From Cycas panzhihuaensis (Eukaryota > Plantae > Cycadophyta): a DNA stretch of 64,000 nt. Below, piece after piece: positions 29,225-43,786 of this stretch. Position 1 is the first letter of the stretch. Each line of letters begins with the position of its first letter. The stretch lies in NCBI GenBank assembly GCA_023213395.1, contig CM041465.1, forward strand, positions 200,391,741-200,455,740, given 5' to 3'. Both the position numbers and the translations under genes were made by a program. Below the pieces are notes generated by a model. That model was not told where the DNA came from and searched no databases. It saw only the letters and a list, made by a program, of their open reading frames with translations.

Positions 29225-32200
29225 AATTCCCCCTCTCTATAAATACCTATATATTTCTAAAGTAGAGGGAGAGCTTTTATATAATGAAGTGCTACCAAAA
29301 TTTTGCTAGCACCTTTGTATAGTGGTTTGCCTTTAATCTTGAGTGATTTTGGAGCTTCTTTCTTGGTGATTTATGGTGCTTGCTTGAGGAATTAGAAATC
29401 CTTCTTCGGGCATGTCCATTCCATGTCCTTAAATTTACCTCTACACTCCTCTATTAGGCCCTCTTCTCTTAGTGTTTCAGTAGTTATAGACATACTTTCT
29501 CTTCCATAATACCAATTATTATTGAGTCTCTTATTTTTAAGGCATTTAGAGCAACTACAAAGTATGATGGACATGGACATGGCATTGATTTGAGGCTTAT
29601 TTGATCTCTATCTTGTCATGTTTAAAGTGAGCTTTGTAACTTTATGCTTATATAATTGGTTAGAATATATCCTTTATTTAAGAAAAAACAAAAAAATGGG
29701 TTCCATTTCAATTTCATGTCATTTTATTTTAAGTATTATGGCCTTCATTGAGTGAACCAATTTAGAGAATCAAACAAGTTTTGATTTACAAATTATGTCT
29801 CACCATTTGAGTATTTGGAGTTAATTTATGGAATTGAACTAGTTTCAATTTGTAAATTGATTATAATTAGATTAAGTTATCTATTTTCCTTTCTTACTTC
29901 TATTCATAATTCATTAAAAGATTGGCCAAAAGAATTTATAAAATAAAACCAATTCTCAATGAAAAGATGAATGGTAAGAAAGGTATCCAAATAAAGTGAT
30001 CTTACTCTCTCTCATAGTGTTTTGGCCACTCTTAATAATAATTTTCCATCAAAGATTTCTAAGTGCAATAGAAATATTACCAAAATTTTGATAGACTTCT
30101 CCAAATTAAATTTAAGCCTTTAATTCAATGATTTAAGTCATAGATATTATATTTCATTTAGTTCGTTCATCTTGCCTTAAAACAATTGCAGTCAAAGGAA
30201 AGGGAAAACTATTACTTGGTGACATTGCTAAAAGGTACCAATCTCATCTTTACTCTTTTTAATTATTGTATTATCTTTAAGCCACATTATAAAAAAAAAG
30301 AAATGAACCTATACATTTATTATTGATTTAAGCTAATGAAATGATTGATTAGATAATTGATTGAAGCATTGTTCTTATTTGCTTGGAAAAAGAGAAAAGA
30401 AAGAAAGTGGTTTCATTATTTTTATCAAGGTTACATTGGAGCTCTTACATTTATTGCTTTACTTCATCTTTAGTAATTAGATCACAAAAATATAAAAATG
30501 AAAGTGAAGGAACTATAACTAGGATAAATATAAAAGTAATTAAAGAATTACAATTTTCTTTTATTTGCTTGCCTTGATTAGGGTATTGTTTTTCCTTTTC
30601 ACTTAATCTCATAAAAAATAAAAATAAAAAAAGAATTTGTATTTCGTTTTGCATAGTTACATTAGCATATATTTGGTATTTATTTATATAGTTAGGTTAT
30701 TTATATATAATCATAAATGGCATCCTTAGTCATATTTTAGGGAATTGTTTCACCTTCAATACCTAGGAAAAATAGTGGCCCTACTATAGAAACAACACTA
30801 GTTAAGATTGTCACTCATACACATGCTAGTGTGTATCCTAAACGTTGCCCTATTAGTGTATAGAGTAAGGGACTTGAGGTGATAGTCAAGACCTCAAGTA
30901 CATATGGAGAACATGGGTAAACCTAGAGAGGGTGAGTCCCACAATTGTTCTCAAGTAAAAGTCCTTAGTTAAGAGCTATTATTTTTTGCCTAACACACTT
31001 GGGAATCACTCTATGTACCAAGTGAGATATGTAGTCACAACTAGCACCTAATCTTCAAATAGTACCATCTTAACACTAGGTACTATAATCATTCTAAAGA
31101 TCTCTTATTCTATTAGGTCCCATTTTGTGAAATAACATTTACACACATGCACACATGGCTATTCCTTATTATAGCCATTTAAATGAGAGCATCTCCTTCT
31201 TATCTAAGAAGGATAGGATAAAGTGATATTTGAGACATCCCATTATATCATCCTAAGTTAAAGGATCTATGTCTTTTTATTGAGGAATAGTACATACCCC
31301 CCTCAAACCAATTACATTCTCTTCTTAGTTTGCATTATAAGTTCTAACAAGTTTTAGTTCTCTTAATGTATCATTAATGACTCCTTATATTTGAAAGATG
31401 GTATCTAGTTGGATATGTTAGAATATGTGATATCCTCACATATAATTATAAATTCTGATAGGATAGTCCCCCATGAGAATCTAGCGATAAGGAGGGCCTT
31501 GGTAGGGTTTATGATCTTAAAATCTTCATGTGGCTATGTATAATAAAGTGAAAATCCAACATACCATAGAGATTTATTACTTCTTGAATAGATGCTTAGG
31601 GTCTATTTGTTTGGAAATAAGTCCCCCTTTGGAGAACTTTCATGTGAGCACTAGCCAATTAAGGTTGCCTGATCTTAATTGGTACTCTTATTATTTTTAT
31701 TAGGTATGTTTATTTTTTAAGTTATATTTGATTTACCATCAATCAAGTTGATATAATTTAAATCTTGCATCCTCAGAGATTTAGCATTAATTATTTTACT
31801 TAGTGATTCTAGTTACTAGGTGAACCAATTAGTGTTGGACATAAAATGATGATAGGATTATTCCCTCTAGCCATTTTCCTTCATTTGGAGAGATGTTGTT
31901 TCAATTCTTTATCTGTTTATATCCTCCTTATTAGAGTCTCATTGACTTATAATGAGCTTAAAACTATGACCTTCTCTAATATAAGTTAAACATCTCTAAT
32001 CTTTTCCCATGCTTATCACTTAGGGGTACTTTGTCTTTATTTGGTTTCTTATTAAGTATGTCTTGTAAATAGTACCTATAGCTAATATGGTTAGTATATA
32101 GATTATTATATATGGGGGAAATGGGAGGTAAAAAAAGATAAGAGCCAACCAACTCTATAGTAAACAAGCAAGTGTCCCAAAAATGCTCTAGATATATATA

Positions 32201-33561
32201 ATATACTATTTAGTATAAATGTATAATATAGTCTAAGTCTCCATAAGTGTCAATAGGGCTTTGAAAAGCTATAATAATCTCTCCTTATGCTCATGGAATG
32301 GGCTTACACTTGTCCCAAGATCCCCCTCATAGTTATTCATGGTGATGCACTCAACTTACCATAGGATGGACCCACCCCATCTTTTCCTTTACCATGCATG
32401 CTATGAGAGTTGTCCACTCTTGTGCCTCCTAATAATAATAGTGGTTATCATCCTAATTGTTATACCATAGTCTTCATAACTATATGATCCTCCTTTAAAA
32501 TAGTCATTATCTATTCTAGTTATGCCACTCACTTCTTAAGTTGCTACAATCGCATATCCAAGACCTTCATTATCTCTTTAGCCCTATAGGAAATTGCTAG
32601 GTGTGATATATGAAAGAGGTTAATGTATTAAGGTCATTTATATAGATTAATTAAGTGGCCTTAGGGTATATTATTAGCAATAGTCTATTAGTAAAATGTA
32701 CTTTATATACATTTGGATGTAATTTAGAGTTTATGTCATTAGGCAAGAAAATCTTAACCCTAATGCTCACCCTCAATAATAAAAGGTGAAATCTCAAGGA
32801 GTGAGTCATTATTTATTCTTACCTCTAAGCTTTACTGTCATATCCTGTATTCATCTCTTCTTCATTCTCCATCTCCATTGTATTCATGTAAGTGATCTAT
32901 TCCCTAGATCCATCCTTCCTTCATGTGGTATCAAAGCTAGAAATGGATCTATTCACTCAATTCCACTTGCATAGAGTCATTTTGCCTCTCCTTCACCTTC
33001 AATGTGAAGTATTAAGAGTGCACTCAATGTTTTCAAAATTTTGAGAGGTTTTTTATCATGTAAAGATTGTATTTCATTTATAGCATATTTCAATATTCTC
33101 TATTTATTTGCAAGTGTATTGAGGATCAAAATTGTTAGCTAGAAGAAGGTTTCCTAGCTTTAGGCTCTCAAAACAAATTAGTTTTTTATCAATTTTTGTA
33201 GCTAATTTTTTATTTTATTAAGGGATATTCTATTATTTTTTTATCATAAATCAATTATTAGTTATAAAACCTATGGTGTAAAGTTGTAGGGTAAAATTTT
33301 AGCTACTTGCAAATGGCAGAAATAAGCCTAAACCTTTTAGAAAAAGGTTGTCCATCCCTACGATAGGTGAAAAATATTGGGATAATACCCAATGTGCATT
33401 TGTTGATGTGCTCCTAGGGCCTCTCAAAGCCATCTTTAGGGCTCCCTAGGGCACCTTGGGCCATATAACAGCCATCAATAGCCACCCATATGTTGATGGA
33501 CCACCATTAAGGTGCGTGCACATTTATTATTTTATTTTTTTAATACTAATTTGAATTCTAT

Positions 33562-33743
33562 TGTAGGTTAGGTTGAGGTGCTTATCACCTCCCCAAAAAT
33601 TTCTATAAAAGGGGTGGGAACACCTCCCTAGTATTTTTTAACACCTACCTTGATTTAATTAGATTTTTATACTAAAGAGCTACAATGCACTCGTCAATGT
33701 GAATGTCCCACTCTGCACCTTGTCCTTCATTTGGTATCAGAGT
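33562..33743 (+). mobile_element. Probable short LTR plus Met-PBS of a second nested element
   Basis: TGTAGG...CCTTCA, TATA-like CTATAAAA at ~33603, then TGGTATCAGAGT at 33732; no partner LTR found. Confidence 0.4.
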
Positions 33744-36700
33744 ACATGGTTTAGCCCACAACATTTGTATATTGTATTTTTTCATTATTCTTCTTTATAT
33801 TAAAGTTTATAATAAGGTTTATCATTGGAACTTTTAATATATTAACATGAGCGACCTCCATTTGATGCACATATACTTTGTTTAGACATTTAACTTTCGA
33901 TCTTTTGTAGCAAACTCAGTTTTGTGCAGGATATTATGATTTGGAAGGAAAAAGACTAATCTTTCAAAGATTTTTCATCATTTTCTCAGTGGTTCTCAGT
34001 TTAGGTTTTTAGACAAACAAGCAACCTAAACTTTAGAGCAGTCCAACTCCCAAACTAGTGATTAGAACCCCATCAAGTGACTACTTGTTTTGATCGTAGT
34101 CGAGTTATCTTTGCAACGAAAGAAACTGTCTGGAATTTTGTGCACTAGAAGTGGAGATATACTCCTCAGACTACTAAGTACCCTCTCTGATCTATAAAAC
34201 CCTATAGTCTATTTTATTTTTTATTTTTTTAGCTTATGTTTTATCATTTTTCCTTTAATTTAAAAAAAAAAAATCAGGCACCTACACCTTGCACCCTTTC
34301 TTAAATGATATTAAGCACAAAATATTGTGCTCTCTATGTCTAACAATTGTCGCAATTATCCTCTATTCATTCACCATTTATGCTCTATTTTTTATCGTTT
34401 CAATCTATTTTGGTCAGAGATCTCATCGTATAACCTCTGTAGAGCTACCCTAGTGATTAATCTGTGAATTCTAATCATAATTTTTGCTCTGCATTCTCTA
34501 TTTACTCTCCATACATCCTCTATCACCGTGTGACTTTGAATTGTCATTTTTTTTTTTTTACATATTAAAAACTAATTTTTGAATTGCTTCTTGATTGATT
34601 CACTCCACAGATCGTCGGCACCCCTCAATAGCTCATCTTTGATCAATTTTATCATTGTTTTGATTACATTTTTTAATAAAGAATCCTCTCTGTTATGTTA
34701 ATATTAATGATGACATGATTTAATTGATAAATTTTTATTTTTTCTAAGGTTTAATACAAGTCGATTTGATCTTAATCCCTTTTGTTCATTAGCCCCCAAT
34801 CTTATTCGACCTCCATATGACTATAAGCCTGCATATTAAAAGGGCTAATCACTTTTTAATTATAAAGTTTTGTTTATATTTTTCTCAAAAGGTCATTGTC
34901 GTATTTAATACTATATCTCCTCTATGGCTTATCAATTTTTACTAAAACTAGGTCTGTTACATTCATTTTTTAGAGAACTCCAATGTAGACTATTCATTTA
35001 TCAAATTTGAGACTTTTTTTATTGAGATTTAATTCATCAAAGTGGCCTCTTTATTCGGCTCTTATTTTTCTAATCATAAACAAGTCCTTTTACCTTTTTT
35101 GTAATAACTCTAGCATACGAGCTCTGTTTTTCGAATTGTTTATTTTGTTGAAAAGCTGGTGTGATTCTCTACATGCTAGTGTAACTTTTTATCTAATTTG
35201 AATCCATTTTGTAGGTTTTCAAAGCTAGAGAAATTGAGGTAACCTATTGGTCATAGTTCATTATTTTCAACAATATTAAAGTTTTTTTTTTCTGAGTTTC
35301 TTTAGCTTGAGATATACTAAGGGATCTCTAATCTACATATGACTATTTTCATATCATTCTACAAAGATTTCACTTAAATTTTATAGCATCTAAGCCCTAT
35401 GGCTCCATTTTGAGCCCTTAAAAGGGTCCTCATATTCATTCATTAATATCTTAAACTCCAAGAGTCTGTTTTATAAACAATTAGATTCATTGGAAAGAGT
35501 TTTTAATACTCCTCATATTGGAATAAGTTTTACTTCAAACTAACATCATTTTGTAGGTGTTTAAAGCTAGTCATCTTGAGCTTCTTGTTTAGCCTTAATA
35601 GGCCTAATTTTATAACTCTTTAACTAGTTTATTATTTCAAAAGGATTATGCTTACATTATTGATCATTACTAATCTATTCTTGAAGCTATTATTGCCTCT
35701 TATGTGCACCTTTTAAGCTATTTTATAGTCAGAAGTTATTTCTTTAGCACCTAGAGCTTTCATCAAACTAAGTGACACTAATTCAACAAATGGGTACAAT
35801 CTATGCTACATCTATTTACTTTGTATATTACTCATTGAATACTTATTACTTTGTGATATTTTTTATCACATTAAGTAAAGATTCTACTTTAAAATTTTAG
35901 GTTTTATATACATCTACTTTGTTTTCCAAAGGGATAAGTAGTCATTTTCACTATCTTGTATACATTGCCAAAGAAGTTATTTCATTCAACATTAATATAG
36001 AAGTCATTTTTCATTTTGCTTTATCTCCTTATTATTTTTGAAAGCTATAAATTAGTTGAAAAATATCATTGATTGTCTATTTATTTATCATTAAAAACAA
36101 CTAAAGTTGCATTGTTTAAAGCATTAAAGGAGCGTATAGATCCATGTTTTCTTTCTACAAACTTATAAAGGTGAAAAACTAGTTTGCATATCATCTAGTA
36201 TTCTTTGGCTTGCTTGAAAAAAAAAAGGTTCATTACTTCATTCACTTAGTTTAGTAAGATTCGAAGAAAAGTTTATTGTATATATTCTTTTGAAAGTTTG
36301 AAGGATATCTCTATTTCATATAAGTTTATCTCTATTGTCTATTCTTTATTATTCTCTTACTTAGTGGATTTATTTTCTTTTAGTTGCTTTATTTCTTGCA
36401 AAAAAAGAACTTTTCAAACCCTAATCAAGACCATGATCTTTAATTAATATTATCACATTAAAAAAGATAACTCCCAAATCAATCATACTTTTTTCCAGCC
36501 TTGCAAGGGGAACGGTTAGGACCCCTGAAGTTACCACCACACACAAGCTAACAGGCCTACTCATATTGGATGAGGAAAGTCATTAACTATAAGGTGTATT
36601 AGGTGGCAGGCTGAGGTTAAGAACCTATCCTTATTTGGTGTTTGGAGACCAAGGATAGACCTAGAGAGGGTGAGTGACTTGGTTTATGTAACCTTGACTG

Positions 36701-37071
36701 CTAGATCTATCGTTAAGCATAAGTCCAACACAGGTGGATCCACAATTCAAGATTGTGTAAAAACCTTCATAAGAGCCTACATATTGAGGTATATTGAACC
36801 TTAAGCTCACACATCAGTATATTAGGTATCTATTTTTCCACTTATGGGTAGGTGCCACTAGGCATAATAGCAACCGAAGGTTTCCCTTGGAGATCCCTAA
36901 ATTTAGAGCCTAAAAGCCTTATTAGGGACTGGTTCACTTCAAAAACTTTGGGTAAAACTTGGGATATCATCATTTGGGTCAAATTTTAAATTCAAACATT
37001 TGTAAACCTCATTCTATTTACCAGATTTATTTTTTAAACCTTACCTAAAAAGGGCCTCAATCTTTGGTAAT

Positions 37072-38263
37072 ATGATTATTCATAAATTTAATGGAAACAA
37101 CTTCTTGAACTAGAGTAGGAGGATGAGACTCATCCTTACAACTAATGAGATGTGGGGGATTATGAAATTAGGGTATAGTGAAGTAGGTCAAAATGTAACT
37201 GATGTAGAAAAAAACACTTACAAAGAAAATGTCAAAAAGGACAATGAGGCTCTCACACTTATATTTCGTCTATTAGAAGACCATGTTTTCCCTCGTGTTA
37301 GTGAATCCACTAAATCAAAAGAAGCATGGGATACACTTTAGTTGATCTATGAAGGAGTTGCATCCTCCAAGCTCCAAAATCTTAAAAGTAAGTTTAAGAA
37401 CTTATGTATGATTCCCATAGAACTAGTAACCAAGTTTATGACCAAGGTGTAGGATATAGTTAACCAGATAAGGTCTCTTGGGGATACTTTAATAGAATAA
37501 AGGGTGGTTGAATGAATTTTAAGATGTGTTGGTGCCGTTAGAAGATTTGAAATATTTGCTATAAGAATAGGTGTGTCAAAGGACCTAAGTACATTAAAGG
37601 TAGAACAACTAAGTACTATGCTTATATTAGTCAAATAATAATAGAATGCCAATGAATTACTTGAGCATGACTTTATCACTAAGGCTAAAATTCAATTAAA
37701 TTCTCAAGCTGGAACTTCAACATCTAGGAAATCACCTCCCAAGAGAAGGGATAGGAACCCTAGAAGGGATGTTAGAAAATACCCTCCTAAGTATCAAGAC
37801 CTACATCAAAGGAGGTAAGGATAACATCAATAAAATGAGAATTCTCCTAGGTATCGAAACCAAAGAAAATAATTTGAAGAACATACATGTTGTCCAAATT
37901 TTTAAGGCTGTGCTTAATCATCGAGGTCGAATCAGGATTATTATGATAATAGACAAAGGGAAAATCCTCCCTCACATTATGAGGAAATGGGAAGACCTTC
38001 TAATATTGATAGATCTCATCCACGAAGTAGAAGTTTAAGCTATGGAAGGAGAGATCCTTTATATTATTCCTGTTACCATAGAAGTGATCATACAGAAGAT
38101 AAGTGCTTTTCTAAACATGGACCACCCACCAAAAGGAGTGCCCATAACATAATAGAATCAAGGGACAATAATAGATTATTTTTATGTAGCTTCACTGCCA
38201 AGGAAGAAGAGGATAATAGCTAGTATATTAACTCAGGTTATTCAACCCATATGACCCGCAAGG
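37072..38263 (+). pseudogene. Copia gag and start of protease, decayed
   Basis: KFNGNNFLN*..MRLIL..MW; FPRVSESTKSKEAWDTL; decayed knuckle CYHRSDHTEDKC; *YINSGYSTHMT (WYIDSGCSNHMT-like). Confidence 0.85.
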
Positions 38264-39289
38264 TGTAGAAACGACCAAATGGCCTTAGAATCCTAAGATC
38301 TAGAAGCTATATTCACTCTAGTTCTAGAAAGTAGATAAACTAGACTAATAATGAGAATATAAGATCAAACATGAGCAAGATCAAGCATGAAGAGAAAGAG
38401 CAAAATGATGCCAAAGATAAGGAGTTGGAATTGGTCCAACCTCTAAATGAATAGTAATTTGATTAGCAAACTAGTAACATAACAATATATCTCCAACTCT
38501 ATATGAGAACAATGAAAAGAGGTCTGAATATATAGAGTGAAAGGAGAGACCTAAGGCACTGGATTTTTGACAAGATTCAAACATCCAAGGTACATGCCTT
38601 GCATGTAGGAAATGTGTCCTTTTGAGCTCTCAAGTAAGCAAAAGTGCATGAGGGTCCATTTGACCCTTTAGTAATAATGTTGTGTCACTAGGAAAGAATG
38701 TGGGTGTGTACTTTATCACTTAAGTGATAAGTCACCTCTAAAGTACAAAAGTATACATATTACATGAAAAATAAAGTGCATAGGCTTAATATATAAACAT
38801 AAGGTTTAACACCTCCCCTTACTATTTACAATGTTAAGTTGGACCCCTAGACCATCTCTAAATTTTACAAATTTATCTCTACCAAGTGGCTTGGTAAAGA
38901 TGTCTACTATCTACTACTCTATAGGTCAATATTGAAGGTTGATCTCACTGATTTACATATGTTCTCTGATGAAGTGATGATGAACCTCAATATGTTTAGT
39001 CCTTGCATAAAAGAAAGGATTCTTAGCCAACTTGAGCATACTTTGATTGTCACAATAAATCCTGGTGGGGTGATCCTACTCAAGTCCAAGCTCCCTAAGA
39101 ATTTGTTATAGTTAGACAGCCTCACAGGTTATGTTGACTACAATATTATACCCTGCTTCAATAGAGGACAAGGTAATATTGGGTTGCTTCTTGCAACTCC
39201 ACGAAACAACTGCTAAACCAAGGAAAAAATAATAGCCTGAGGTTGATCTCCTAGTATCCTAATAACCTGTCCAATTAGAACCTGAGAAT
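38264..39289 (-). mobile_element. C4: 3' end of a Ty1/copia element (RNase H remnant, PPT, 3' LTR 38264-38811) inserted in C3 protease
   Basis: Minus strand FSGSNWTG..DTRRSTSGY, SWSCKKQ, TKHIEV, VDIFTKPL; PPT AAGGGGAGG before TGTTAAAC. Confidence 0.85.
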
Positions 39290-40002
39290 AAAAATAATGG
39301 GAAGGGAGAGTCATAGTTTTCTATAATCTAGCATCAATATGATAGAAAAAAATAACATGTAGTATTTTTCTTTTTTTTTTTGTACAAGAAGATAAAAATT
39401 ATAACTAATAGTGAAATACATAAGAATACACAAACAATCAGTAAAAATATGATGAAAAATATACTAAAAATATGACCAAGAGAAGATCACAATTTTATTT
39501 ATACATAGGTCATATTCAATAAAGAATATCATGATTTTAGGTCACACTAAAAATATGACCTTTGGTGAAAAATATGACCAATTAAAAAAAGCAAATAGGG
39601 GATTTTTATTTTAAAAAATTATAAAAAGTTAAAGTAAAACACATCACAAAGCAATATATTAAAGCAATAGAATGTTGATCCAAGTACAAAGATGAATTTC
39701 AAAGAAAAAACTAGTGCATGAAATAAAACTTGTCAAATCAAAATCAAATTAAAAAGGATGAATCATAAAGGTAAGTTTAAGCTCTGAAGAAGGTTGGAAT
39801 AAGCTAATTTTATAATACACTTTTATGACCTTTATATCATTGGTAATATTAGTCAAGAACATGCATAATCATCATGAATTCATTTAACCATGATGCCAAG
39901 TAGTCACTAAATTGCCATATAATTAAGTAGTCAAACCCTAGTAGTAAATAACAAGGTATGAGACCTTGTTGATGTCAAAAGAGGGAATAATTAGTGGAAA
40001 TA
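39290..40002 (-). repeat. G2 3' LTR fragment (first ~0.7 kb only)
   Basis: Colinear, strongly diverged match to ~54865-55565. Confidence 0.8.
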
Positions 40003-43000
40003 TTTGCCCCCTTGGCAACAAAAGCTGTGCAAATAAATTAAAGTAGGATGGTGAACATTGTTAACATTACTAAAACTAAGCTATCTAAGAATTTGGGCTA
40101 CCTAGAATATTTATTACGTTATTCAAATAAATGAAGATGAAGTTAATTCAGAGAAGGGTAGATGGGATGAATGAGTAAGGCTAGTTATAGTGGCTTGAAA
40201 CACACCTATCTATCTTTTTAGACTGTGTTTAGAAAGAAAATTTTAAGTTTTGAGTTTTTTATATGTATTAGTTTTTTATATTTTAAATTGAGAATATAAG
40301 GGAATTATATACGAAAGTGAACCCACCATAATTTAGCCTCATTAGTGGTTGATTTTTAGAGGTATTGAGATCTACTATAGTTTTACCTCATCAGTGATTG
40401 ACTTTCAAAGGAGTGGTCACCATAGTTTTACCTCTTTAGTGACTATCTCACATCTCTTAAGTGAGATTATAAGGTTGTAAATGGATAAAATTATAACAAA
40501 GTCTAGATAAGTAACCTAGACTATGAAAAATATGATATTAGAAGAAAATAGGATCTTTGGACTATAAGCAAGGCTATGCTTTAGAGAAGTGACTTTTGGA
40601 ACAAAAAGGATCTTACTTAAATATGTGTGAAAAAACATGATAGTAGAGGAAATCTTTTAGGACTTGATTGGAAGTATAAGCAAATATTCATTAACAATCA
40701 CCAAGAAGCTTGTTCAAGAGTGTTTATGTCATAAATTAGGCTTTTTGAAAGATGTGTAAGTTAGAGAGGGTTTATATTCCTTCTTTGGATGAAAATAAGA
40801 TTCATTTGATACTTAAGAAAGTTGAAGACAAGGTATTATTAAAGATAATTCTCAAGTTTCACAAAAGATCCATCTATCGGATTGAATTAGTGAGGATTAG
40901 GAGATCCTAAATGGAGTGATAACTCACTAGATGTGGTATATAGTGAGTCTTATTATTGAATTTCCTTTTTTGTCTTAAGGTTTATTACTAAAACCATAAG
41001 CTCTGGTTAAAAACTGCAAGCTCCAGATGAAAAATGTAAGCTTATATATGAAACAAACAATCTTTAATATGAAACTTATAATCAAAAGTTTGACCACATT
41101 TTTAGTATTAAATAGATCATGGTTTTAGAAGTGAAGTCTTATTTTTCATTTGATGTTTATACTTTTCAAGAGGAGGCCACAGTTTGAAAGGGTAATTATA
41201 TTTTTCATAGGGGGATCATGTTTTTAGCACCAAAAATATGATGAAACAAAAAGGGATAATAATTATAATGTTTTCCAGTAAAATGCTTTAAGGTTGAGAC
41301 TAACTCATGTGTATGCTTGATTTACTCTTTTAGAGGTTGGATCATATTAATACTCATGAGAATGAGGGTCCTAGATTGGACGCAATGCTTGAGAGACTAA
41401 CTCTAGTAGAACATCAACTTCTTCATCATTATGGGTTAGCTTGGATGAGTAGATTAGTCCAACTAGTGATGGAGATAGATGTTCATTATTATTTAGTTAG
41501 TTACTAGGTTCTTGGAGAGAACATCTTTCATTTAAAGAGTTTGGGGGATCTATGACTTAGAGAATAAAAGGCTAGTAGGATCTTAGGAGTATCATGGCAT
41601 GGATAGAGTATGGCTATATTAAGGGTCATTAAGAAGGATGAGCAGACCATAGTGAGCTAGCATATGACTAGAGAGATTAGGCATATATAGAGGCATATGG
41701 TTAGTATTATAACTTTTAGGCATGCCAAAGATATACCCATATTCTAGAAGGTTTATTAGATTAATTAGTTTATTCTAGATTGTGAGGACCTAGAACTTCA
41801 TGAGTTTAGTAGGCCAATGGCTATAAATAGTATAACAATATGTGCTTAGAGTGAGGTACAATTGAACATAGTATATTTTTTATAATATACATCACCAATT
41901 GTCTCAGATCTACTATAATGATGAGGGTAGTTTCTCTTATGCATCAATACTACTATGTTAGCTACATGATCGCATTCCATTAACTTAGCTAGGAAGAATA
42001 CTAAGGGAGCCAATAGTGATGGACCTAATGATGTATTGATGGCATATAAGAGCTCATGTTCATAGAGAGGGTTGAGCACATATCCAACATAACCCAAGAT
42101 TGGACATGATGACTTATAACTAGTGGGTTATCATTCCATATAAGGGGATACCCCCATGATATGATGATGAGGTAGATATTACTATGGGTGTTATTCATAG
42201 ACTACCACCTCCTCCACCTCAAGGAGAAGGAGAGGGTATCTAGGGAGATGGTAGTCAAGAGGCACAAGGAGCTTCTAAGGGAGATGATGGAGTTGGTAGA
42301 TTGCTTATGACTCGTGTAGGTGATGGAAAAGGTGATAGGGGTGATGTAGAGGTAGTTGCAATATTGTAATAACTTAGTGATATAACAGAGGTAGGATTAG
42401 ATGCTAGAGTACCATAGGGTATTGCAAACATATATGGTACATATGCTTATTTATTTAGATATTTGGATTATATGATTAGGCCTTATTCTATGTGATAACT
42501 TTCTAATGGAGAGGTGACTAACTTATTTATGTTAGATACATGTAGGTGGTGATAGATTGGATGGGCCCTTCATGAAATTAACCTGGATGGCCTCCTATCT
42601 TTTGTTTATAGGTTAGGTGAGTAGCTAGTATGGCAAGATGATGATCCAAAGTTCTTAGGCTCTCATACCCAACACTTTACACCTACCATTAGAGCTTGAT
42701 ACATGTATAAAGTACTAAAGGCCTATATGGTAGTGCGAGCAATAGAGTTTTAGGGATAATTAATTGCTTGGGATGTAGAGTTAAGGGAACTCAAGGCATA
42801 AATAAAGGCTATAGATGATGAGAGATAAGATTTATGATGGATGTTGATCCTTTAGGTGGTAACATAAGTTACCCCTTCAGTTAGATAGAGCATCCATAAA
42901 ATATGTACTACCACTCATAGAGGAGAAGGGTCTTGTACCCATAGATAATAGATGGATAAAGGTTAGGGCAACTCACAACAATCTAGATATGTATGATATT

Positions 43001-43364
43001 TACCTCTTTAGAGGATGATATAGATGTATTATGGTAGGGAGTGAGTCCACTCTATGGAAAGGAGGTAGAGGGGTTTTACAGCTTTAAGATCCTAATATAT
43101 GATATGCCCACAAGGGTGTTGGGATCATGATGTATTTTATGTATTTATGTAGTGAATCTATATCACATTATTTGTATAATTATGATATGTATATTTTATA
43201 ATAGACTGGCACTATGCTCTATTGACTCTAACCTCAATTAGATCCCCTCCACCCCACCCCCCATCCCCCAAAATTCCCCCTAGAATAGTTAGTATCAATG
43301 GGTAATATATTCATAGATGTTTTTCTTTTGGTCATAGTTACACACCATATGCATGCATAATTGT

Positions 43365-43786
<422 letters not shown>

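Larger units (their letters stand above)
32595..38263 (+). mobile_element. C3: 5' part of a Ty1/copia element (LTR 32595-32923, PBS 32926-32937, long interrupted leader, gag to protease)
   Basis: TG...CA LTR followed by TGGTATCAAAGC; gag at 37072. The link between this LTR and this gag is inferred, because a second PBS lies at 33732. Confidence 0.55.
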
